This document shows positions 28,020 to 34,457 of a stretch of DNA of 36,881 nt, in pieces. Each line of letters starts with the position of its first letter. Positions within the stretch are counted from its first letter, which is position 1. The notes beneath the pieces are model-generated. The model was not told the origin of the DNA, did not search any database, and saw only the letters and a program-made list of their open reading frames with translations. The DNA lies in assembly GCA_001783355.1 (NCBI GenBank), contig MFMA01000027.1, positions 12,000 through 48,880 on the forward strand, read 5' to 3'. A program made the translations under genes and the position numbers. Origin of the DNA: Candidatus Kaiserbacteria bacterium RIFCSPLOWO2_01_FULL_54_20 (GTDB lineage: Bacteria; Patescibacteriota; Minisyncoccia; Phycocordibacterales; UBA2100).

Positions 28020-29534
28020 CGGTCAATTCTTCAAGGCATGAAAGGCTGTTTTATTTTGCAGCGCCGTTTCGCGTATGTTGGGCACGAAATCGTGCGGATA
28101 CTGAAAACCGAGCATGGTGTCAAAGAATTTTGCGCTTTCGTCACGACGAGGGTTAGTCTCAAGTATTTGTTGCAACAAAAAGATATTTCGTATTCCGCGC
28201 TTCTTCTCGACGAAGATGTACAGCGCAGATATCGGAACGAGGTTATCGATAGGGACTATCTCGCATGGCTGGAGAGCGAGTATGGGATCCCAAATCTCTG
28301 GCCATATATAAATGTCGATCGCGTGATCCGCTTCGGGCAACTCGTGCGCGAATACCCGCATGATGCCCCCAGCTACGATCATGAAGATATGTTAAAGATG
28401 CTTCAGTGCTACGCAAAAGCCATCATTGCTTTCTTAGACAGGGAAAAACCTGCGTTCCTTTTTTCGACCCCTCCCGGCGCAATGTGTACGGTCCTGCTTC
28501 ACCATATTGCAAAAAAGAGGGGAGTACAGACTCTGGTCATGGGTTTCCCCGGTATTCGCAATCGTGCCCTCGTTTCAGAGCGGTATGATCGATTCACGTT
28601 CGTTGAGTCATTAGTGAATAAACATCGTGAGCGGGCGATCAAAGACATCCCGCATTTTGAAGATGCAAGAAATTTTATCCGCGAGTTTCGAGAAAGGCCG
28701 CGTGTTTACTCAGAGATCCATGAGCCGGTACGCAGAAAATTCACGCGGCGTCAGTATTTCAATTTTCTATCCCCGATGAGGTTGGCTCGTATGTCTGGAT
28801 GGATCCTCGTGATGATCCATGAGTGGTGGGGAGATCCCGATGCTCGCGGAGATTATTCCACAATCCCTCCATGGAATTTTATTTTTGATGCGGTGAAACG
28901 AAAGATACGCAACCTGATCGGGTTCGACGATCTGTATGATGAATGGGATCCCTCTCTCCCATTCGTCTTCTATCCGCTACATTTGGAACCCGAATTAAAT
29001 CTTCTTCTTCTGGCTCGGTTCGATATCGAACAGCTCGGCGTTATCCGCCGCGTTGCGCAGTCCCTACCAGTCGGAATGAAGTTGGTCGTCAAGGAACATC
29101 CGCAGATGGTGTCACTTCGAACTCGTCGCTTTTATAAAGAGATAAAAAAAATTCCCAACACGGTTCTCATTCGTCCGGAGATATCAGGATTTGACGTGAT
29201 CGCGCGCGCCGCCCTTGTTGCGGTGATCTCGGGGACCGCAGGCTGGGAGGCGACGCTTTTTGGAAAGCCAGTCATAACGTTCGGCGAGATCTTCTATAAC
29301 GCATTGCCTTCGGTGACTCGTTCACGGATCCCGGAAGAGTTGCCGGCGCTCGTGAAGGACAGGCTAACACACGCTTCTTTTAATGAAGACGCACTTACCC
29401 GGTTCGTTGCCGCTATCTTTGAAGATTCTGTAGAAGCCGACATGCTCAATATCTGGGAACTGGGAGGAGGTCCAGACCGGAAAACACAAATATCCGCGTT
29501 CGCCTCACTTATTGCATCCAAAGTTTACGGCTGA
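28017..29534 (+). CDS. Second Capsule_synth (KpsS-like) putative ulosonic-acid transferase
   Basis: FYPLHLEPE, VVKEHP, ISGTAGWEATLFGKP. Start revised from 27735 to ATG 28017 (alternative 28038). Confidence 0.7.
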   Translation: MRSILQGMKGCFILQRRFAYVGHEIVRILKTEHGVKEFCAFVTTRVSLKYLLQQKDISYSALLLDEDVQRRYRNEVIDRDYLAWLESEYGIPNLWPYINVDRVIRFGQLVREYPHDAPSYDHEDMLKMLQCYAKAIIAFLDREKPAFLFSTPPGAMCTVLLHHIAKKRGVQTLVMGFPGIRNRALVSERYDRFTFVESLVNKHRERAIKDIPHFEDARNFIREFRERPRVYSEIHEPVRRKFTRRQYFNFLSPMRLARMSGWILVMIHEWWGDPDARGDYSTIPPWNFIFDAVKRKIRNLIGFDDLYDEWDPSLPFVFYPLHLEPELNLLLLARFDIEQLGVIRRVAQSLPVGMKLVVKEHPQMVSLRTRRFYKEIKKIPNTVLIRPEISGFDVIARAALVAVISGTAGWEATLFGKPVITFGEIFYNALPSVTRSRIPEELPALVKDRLTHASFNEDALTRFVAAIFEDSVEADMLNIWELGGGPDRKTQISAFASLIASKVYG

Positions 29535-30569
29535 TCAAGAACGACGCCTGGTCGCTATCATTTCCAGATCTGCCCTTGTCATCATACGCACAAGTTCAGT
29601 GAAGGATAGTTCCGGTTTCCAGTTAAGCTCCTTTCGGGCCTTTGAGCTGTCTCCGCGAAGATCGTGGACCTCACGAGGCCGGTAGAATTTTTTGTCTATC
29701 TTTACAATGACATTCCCCGATCTATCCTTCCCAACCTCCTTCGTGCCCTTGCCACTCCACGACATCGTCATATCAAGTTCTGCCGCGGCAGCCTCAACAA
29801 AGTCTCGTACGGAGTGGGAAACCCCTGTCGCAATCACATAATCCCCCGGCTTTTTTTGCTGAAGCATCATGTGCATCGCTCGTACATAGTCACCCGCAAA
29901 TCCCCAATCTCGCCTCGCGTTGAGGTTTCCGAGTATGAGGCATTGCTGGAGACCCAATTTAATTTTGGCAAGTGAAATCGTTATTTTTCTCGTAACAAAA
30001 TGCTCGCCGCGCCTGGGGCTCTCATGATTGAAAAGGATTCCTGAGCAAATGAACATTCCGTACTTTTTTCTATAGCCCCTGACGTAATCTTCGTATGCCA
30101 TTAATTTTGCGACTCCATACGGCGATACAGGCGAGAATTTTGAGGTCTCATTTTGCGGTGGCCGCGTGTCCCCGAACATTTCCGACGTCGAAGCGTGGTA
30201 TATCTTTGCCTTGGGAACGATCGTCATCGCCTCGATCAGCAAGCGTCCGAGCCCGAAGTAGTTTACCTCCATGGTTTCCTCAGGGCATTTAAATGATATA
30301 CCAACGTCGGATTGCGCGGCGAGGTTATATATCTCATCTGGCTTAGACTCATTGAGCGCTCGCGCTATGGATGCGCTGTCGCGAAGATTCCCGTAGATCA
30401 ACCGGACATTGGGATGATGCGCTACGGTTTCGATACGCATCATGGGGTCAAGAGACGTCCGCCGGACAAGCCCGTATACTTCATAATTCTTCTTGAGCAG
30501 ATACTCTGCCAGGTAAGAACCGTCTTGGCCGGTTATGCCGGTGATCAGTGCGCGTTTCCTTTTTTTCAT
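29535..30569 (-). CDS. gmd: GDP-mannose 4,6-dehydratase
   Basis: ALITGITGQDGSYLA, YNLAAQS, ASTSEMFG, SPYGVAK, GILFNHESPRRG, FVTRKI, LGNLNARRDWG. Confidence 0.95.
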   Translation of the reverse strand: MKKRKRALITGITGQDGSYLAEYLLKKNYEVYGLVRRTSLDPMMRIETVAHHPNVRLIYGNLRDSASIARALNESKPDEIYNLAAQSDVGISFKCPEETMEVNYFGLGRLLIEAMTIVPKAKIYHASTSEMFGDTRPPQNETSKFSPVSPYGVAKLMAYEDYVRGYRKKYGMFICSGILFNHESPRRGEHFVTRKITISLAKIKLGLQQCLILGNLNARRDWGFAGDYVRAMHMMLQQKKPGDYVIATGVSHSVRDFVEAAAAELDMTMSWSGKGTKEVGKDRSGNVIVKIDKKFYRPREVHDLRGDSSKARKELNWKPELSFTELVRMMTRADLEMIATRRRS

Positions 30570-30638
30570 TCAGCCATCCTACAGCCTTAGCGGCGTTTTG
30601 CAATTTGCGCTCCTGTCGTTTTCCTGCATTATGGCCAT

Positions 30639-31436
30639 ATGACTCGCAAGAAAGCAGTATCAGTCGCAGTGTCGGGAGGGTTTGACCCGCTTCATATCGG
30701 GCATGTACGGATGTTCAGGGCCGCGCGAAAACTGGGCGATGCGCTTGTTGTCATCATGAACAACGACCACTGGCTCCGCGCGAAGAAAGGATTTATCTTC
30801 ATGCCGCAGAAGGAGCGCGCCGAGATAATCCGGCACCTGCCATTCGTTGATAAGGTCGTCTTCACCGACCACAAAAAAGGCGATACCGACAAAAGCGTCT
30901 CCCGCACGCTCGCGAAGGTACGACCTGATATTTTTGCGAATGGCGGTGACCGGTTCTCGAAGAATGTTCCTGAAGTCGCTGTGTGCAAAAAGCTCGGAAT
31001 AAAAATGGTCTTCAATGTGGGAAAGGGCGGCAAAGTGCAATCTTCTTCGTGGATGATCAATGCCTCGCGGAAGCCCGCATCGGAGACCGTGCGACCATGG
31101 GGTTCATACTTTGGATGGGACAGCGGGAAGGGATGGAATCTGAAAACGGTCTACGTAAAGCCTAGGAAACGATTAAGCCTCCAATATCATAAGGGGCGCA
31201 GCGAGCACTGGATATTGGTAGGGGGCGATGCGCTCGCAACGATCAAAAATCCTTCGGGTTTCATGGAAACGTACCCTCTGCGACTTGGCGAATCGTTCCA
31301 CATAGGGAAGGGAATGGTGCATCGCTTGGAGTCAAAAAAAGGTGGGGTCATTGTTGAGGTTGCACTAGGGCACTTTGACGAAAACGACATAGTCCGTTTG
31401 CAGGATGACTTTGGGCGCTCCGGAAAAAGGTCGTGA
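30639..31436 (+). CDS. Fusion of HIGH-motif nucleotidyltransferase (TagD/RibL-like) and mannose-6-phosphate-isomerase-type cupin
   Basis: SGGFDPLHIGH, FANGGDR, KVQSSS; then RPWG, RLSLQYH, RSEHW, HRL, EVALG, ENDIVRLQDDFGR. Confidence 0.85.
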   Translation: MTRKKAVSVAVSGGFDPLHIGHVRMFRAARKLGDALVVIMNNDHWLRAKKGFIFMPQKERAEIIRHLPFVDKVVFTDHKKGDTDKSVSRTLAKVRPDIFANGGDRFSKNVPEVAVCKKLGIKMVFNVGKGGKVQSSSWMINASRKPASETVRPWGSYFGWDSGKGWNLKTVYVKPRKRLSLQYHKGRSEHWILVGGDALATIKNPSGFMETYPLRLGESFHIGKGMVHRLESKKGGVIVEVALGHFDENDIVRLQDDFGRSGKRS

Positions 31437-31451
31437 TATGATATTCGGAAT

Positions 31452-33656
31452 ATGGCTATAGAAAAAACCCTGCGTTTTATTGTCCTGGGCGGTATTTTCG
31501 CACTTCCGTTTATCGTCTTTCTCGTCGCGCAATCGCTCTTCTTCCCGTTCATCACCGGAAAGAACTTCACGTTTCGCATCGTCGTCGAGATCATCACCGG
31601 CGCGTATCTTGCGCTCGCGCTCGTGAACCCAAGCTTTAGGCCAAAGCGCTCGTGGCTCCTCGGCCTCTTCGCGCTCTTCGTGCTTGTGGTGGCGATGGCC
31701 GATGCTCTCGGAGTAGCGCCGTTCAAGAGCTTCTGGTCGAACTACGAGCGTATGGACGGGTGGGTGACGCTGGTGCACCTATTCTTCTACTTCCTCGTTG
31801 CCTCAAGCGTCTTGAACACGGAGAGGCTATGGCGCGCCTTTTGGCACATTTCTCTATCCGTATCCGCGGTAGTGGGCGTGTACGGGTTTCTGCAACTTGC
31901 CGGCATCGCGAGCCTCAACCCGGGATTTTCCTCGCTGTCCCGCATCGACGCCACGTTCGGAAATCCGATATACCTCGCCGCGTACATGCTTTTCAATATC
32001 GGCATCGCGGCGATGCTTTGGGCGCGCGCGTGGCAGGAGACCACACGGGGCGAGCGTTTCTGGTTGTCGACATTCTATGGGGGCGTGATCGCGCTCGACG
32101 CGCTTATTTTGTTCATGACAGGAACAAGGGGCGCGATGCTGGGGCTCATCGGCGGAGCGCTGCTCGCGGCCCTTCTCATGGCGTTCTCTTCCCGAACGAT
32201 GCGCCGAACCGCGCTCGCCGGCGTCGTAGCCGTTCTAGTTCTTGCCGGCGGTTTCTGGTTGGTGCGCGGGGAGGCGTGGGTCCAAAAAGTCCCGTTCCTG
32301 CAGCGTCTCGCGACGATATCGCTTGAGGACAACACGACCAAGGCGCGCTTCATGAACTGGGGCATGGCGTGGCAAGGAGTAAAGGAGCGGCCCATTCTTG
32401 GGTGGGGACAGGAGAATTATGCGATCGTCTTCGACAAGTACTACGACCCGCGCATGTATGCGCAGGAGCAGTGGTTCGATCGCGTGCACAATATCGTCTT
32501 CGACTGGCTCGTTGCGGCAGGTTTCGTCGGTCTCTTCTCATACCTTTCGATCATAGGTGCGGCTCTCCTATTGCTGTGGCGCAAGAGAGAGGCGAATGCC
32601 TTCTCCGTGGCCGAGAGCAGTATCCTTACCGGTCTCCTTGCCGCGTATTTCTTCCATAATCTTTTTGTGTTCGACAACATAACAAGTTACGTGCTTTTTG
32701 TGTCGGTCCTTGCATACATCGCGTGGCGCGGGAGCACCGGTGCGGCAACTCTCCCGATGCCGAGCGTCTCGCAAAAGGCCGTCGTGGCCGTCGCGATAGC
32801 GGCCGCCGTCCTCGTTTGGGGAGTCGCATGGTTCGTGAATGCAAAAGCGCTTAGCGCGAATCGTGCCCTGCTTAACGGACTTGCGCAGCAAGAGGGCGGT
32901 TTGCAGAAGAATCTGGAGTACTTCAAAGAATCTATTTCGTACGGGAGCCTCGGCACACAGGAAGCCCGCGAGCAGCTTGCACAAGCGGCCGCGCAGATAG
33001 TCCGGAGCGGAAATGTTCCCGCCGAAGTGAAGCAAAGTTTTCTTATCACAGCCGCTGAAGAAATGGCCAAGATGTCGGCGGAATCGCCGCTCGACGCTCG
33101 TTTCCCGCTGTTCCTCGGGGCTCTCCTCGGAGCCTCCGGAAACTTCGACCAAGCGATACCGGTACTGAAAAGAGCGCACGAGCTTAGTCCGGGAAAACAA
33201 ACCATCCTTTTTGAGCTCGCTTCAAATATGTTCGCGAGCGGTGATGTTCGCGGAGCTCTGGCCGCATATAAGCAGGCCTACGAACTCGAGCCCGGTTTCA
33301 ACGATGCGCGCATCGGGTATGCGTCTGCCGCAATACGGGCAAAAGAAGACGCGCTGGCCGACGAACTTCTCGCGCCGCTCCTTGAAAAAGGAGGAGCGGC
33401 AGATCCGAGGATCGCCGCCGCCTACGTTTCTCGCAACCGATATGACAAGGTAGCCAAGATCTGGGAAGCGCATATCAAGCTGAACCCGAATGATGCTCAA
33501 GCATACTTCACGCTTGCGGCCGCGTACTATGGAATGGGCAGTTCGGCACAAGCCATCTCTACGTTGGAAAAGATCGCCACTATCGCGCCGGGGGCAAAAG
33601 AGCAAGCGGACGCGCTCATACAGCAGATACGGAGCGGGACGGCGAAGTTGCAGTAG
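31452..33656 (+). CDS. O-antigen ligase/O-oligosaccharyltransferase-like (Wzy_C) membrane protein with C-terminal TPR repeats
   Basis: About 12 TM segments, TFGNPIY, TGTRGA, R..W..AW....ERPILGWG, DRVHN; C-terminal TPR-like helices (AHELSP, AYELEP, KLNPNDAQAY). Confidence 0.85.
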   Translation: MAIEKTLRFIVLGGIFALPFIVFLVAQSLFFPFITGKNFTFRIVVEIITGAYLALALVNPSFRPKRSWLLGLFALFVLVVAMADALGVAPFKSFWSNYERMDGWVTLVHLFFYFLVASSVLNTERLWRAFWHISLSVSAVVGVYGFLQLAGIASLNPGFSSLSRIDATFGNPIYLAAYMLFNIGIAAMLWARAWQETTRGERFWLSTFYGGVIALDALILFMTGTRGAMLGLIGGALLAALLMAFSSRTMRRTALAGVVAVLVLAGGFWLVRGEAWVQKVPFLQRLATISLEDNTTKARFMNWGMAWQGVKERPILGWGQENYAIVFDKYYDPRMYAQEQWFDRVHNIVFDWLVAAGFVGLFSYLSIIGAALLLLWRKREANAFSVAESSILTGLLAAYFFHNLFVFDNITSYVLFVSVLAYIAWRGSTGAATLPMPSVSQKAVVAVAIAAAVLVWGVAWFVNAKALSANRALLNGLAQQEGGLQKNLEYFKESISYGSLGTQEAREQLAQAAAQIVRSGNVPAEVKQSFLITAAEEMAKMSAESPLDARFPLFLGALLGASGNFDQAIPVLKRAHELSPGKQTILFELASNMFASGDVRGALAAYKQAYELEPGFNDARIGYASAAIRAKEDALADELLAPLLEKGGAADPRIAAAYVSRNRYDKVAKIWEAHIKLNPNDAQAYFTLAAAYYGMGSSAQAISTLEKIATIAPGAKEQADALIQQIRSGTAKLQ

Positions 33657-33668
33657 GGAGGGGCGCTT

Positions 33669-33769
33669 AACGCTGTGTACACTTCTCGGGCACGAGTCCC
33701 GGCCTGCTGGCCGGGCTCTCCCGCTCGCGCCGACGCGCTCCGCAAGTCCCTCGAAGCGCACACAGCGTT
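33669..33769. repeat. About 100-bp GC-rich palindromic element
   Basis: Terminal arms AACGCTGTGT (33669-33678) and ACACAGCGTT (33760-33769), extendable by pairs that are G-U on minus; internal hairpin CCCGGCC-TGCT-GGCCGGG. Confidence 0.5.
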
Positions 33770-33854
33770 TCGCTTGAGAAGTTGAGAAAAAGCGGAGACT
33801 CCAAAGCACTCACACCTGCTCGCTTGAGTATGAGAGAGGGTATATAATGCCCGC

Positions 33855-33922
33855 GTGAGTGCCATAATGTGTGGCCTTTCAAGAAAGTCGCGTAGATCCC
33901 GCCTTCGGCGGGATTTGCGTTT
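33855..33922 (+). ncRNA. Candidate small RNA 1 (about 65-70 nt)
   Basis: Perfect TATAAT at 33843-33848 with no downstream ORF. Ends in a 14-bp hairpin (33890-33920) whose three wobbles are G-U on plus. No family recognised. Confidence 0.35.
33890..33922 (+). terminator. Terminator-like hairpin
   Basis: GCGTAGATCCCGCC-TTC-GGCGGGATTTGCGT followed by TT; weak U tract. Confidence 0.5.
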
Positions 33923-33961
33923 GTATACCTGTCCCGAGCGTAGCTCGCACCCGCCCTCCGT

Positions 33962-34053
33962 AAAATAAAAAAGGCACACTGCGGAGGACGGGTGCGAGCT
34001 CCAAAGTAGAAAGTCTAATGTGAGTGCCGCCGCCCTCCGCAGTGAGTCCTTCT
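33962..34053 (-). ncRNA. Candidate small RNA 2 (about 90 nt rod-like hairpin)
   Basis: Extended -10 TGtTAGTAT (34061-34069, minus) with TTAGCG 17 bp upstream. A 15-bp core stem (33977-33991 with 34030-34044) carries a G-U on minus. The RNA ends in UUUUUUAUUUU. No family recognised. Confidence 0.45.
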
Positions 34054-34124
34054 ATTTGGAATACTAACACAAGAATATCTGCTCGCTAATAATATTTTAT
34101 TTCTTGGTTTTACTTTCTCTAAAG

Positions 34125-34133
34125 TTATCCACA
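34125..34133 (+). promoter_or_regulatory. Single consensus DnaA box
   Basis: TTATCCACA perfect match, next to an AT-rich stretch (about 34087-34124). Confidence 0.5.
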
Positions 34134-34254
34134 CGTACAGTGCAAAAAACGTTTGTACTCACGCATGAGTGCAATAATGAAAAAGTAAACGCATCTTCGC
34201 GTGCATACGGCAGAAGTGCGGGTCGAAATTAGAACTCACTATTTATATAAACAT

Positions 34255-34296
34255 ATGGCAAAGAAAAAGAAGGCAAAAAAGAAGAAGCGCCTCTAG
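34255..34296 (+). CDS. 13-aa lysine-rich micropeptide MAKKKKAKKKKRL
   Basis: ATG GCA start after AT-rich TTTATATAAACAT. 8 Lys codons with mixed AAG/AAA. Candidate promoter TGcAATAAT at 34170-34178 and a strong terminator downstream. Below the ORF-track cutoff. Confidence 0.55.
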   Translation: MAKKKKAKKKKRL

Positions 34297-34375
34297 CGAC
34301 CAATTTTTCTTCACCGTACTCGGTGTTAGAAAAATGGGAGTGCCCGTGTGGTATCGCGCTTCTCTACTAGTAGAG

Positions 34376-34410
34376 AAAAACCATCCCTCCTCTTTGGAGG
34401 GATGGTTTTT
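34376..34410. terminator. Bidirectional intrinsic terminator
   Basis: AAAAACCATCCCTCC-TCTTT-GGAGGGATGGTTTTT: perfect 15-bp inverted repeat with A and T tails. Confidence 0.8.
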
Positions 34411-34439
34411 GGTATATAGATGCTCGGCGGCGGCAATAG

Positions 34440-34448
34440 TGATAGGAT
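34440..34448 (+). promoter_or_regulatory. Extended -10 promoter of secA
   Basis: TGaTAGGAT ending 9 nt before ATG 34458. Confidence 0.5.
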
Positions 34449-34457
34449 GGCTGCTAC

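Noticed and set aside
34087..34140. Replication origin (oriC)
   Set aside because: Only one consensus DnaA box is visible and there is no dnaA/dnaN context.
34153..34174. Canonical CIRCE (HrcA) operator
   Set aside because: The spacer between ACTC and GAGT is 6 nt rather than 9 and the outer TTAGC arms are missing; kept only as an unassigned motif.
33657..34457. SRP RNA, tmRNA, RNase P RNA, tRNA, CRISPR or TIGR array in the intergenic region
   Set aside because: I could not find the SRP helix-8 motif, a T-arm with CCA end, GAGGAAAGUCC, or regularly spaced repeats. An Rfam scan would be needed to exclude divergent members.
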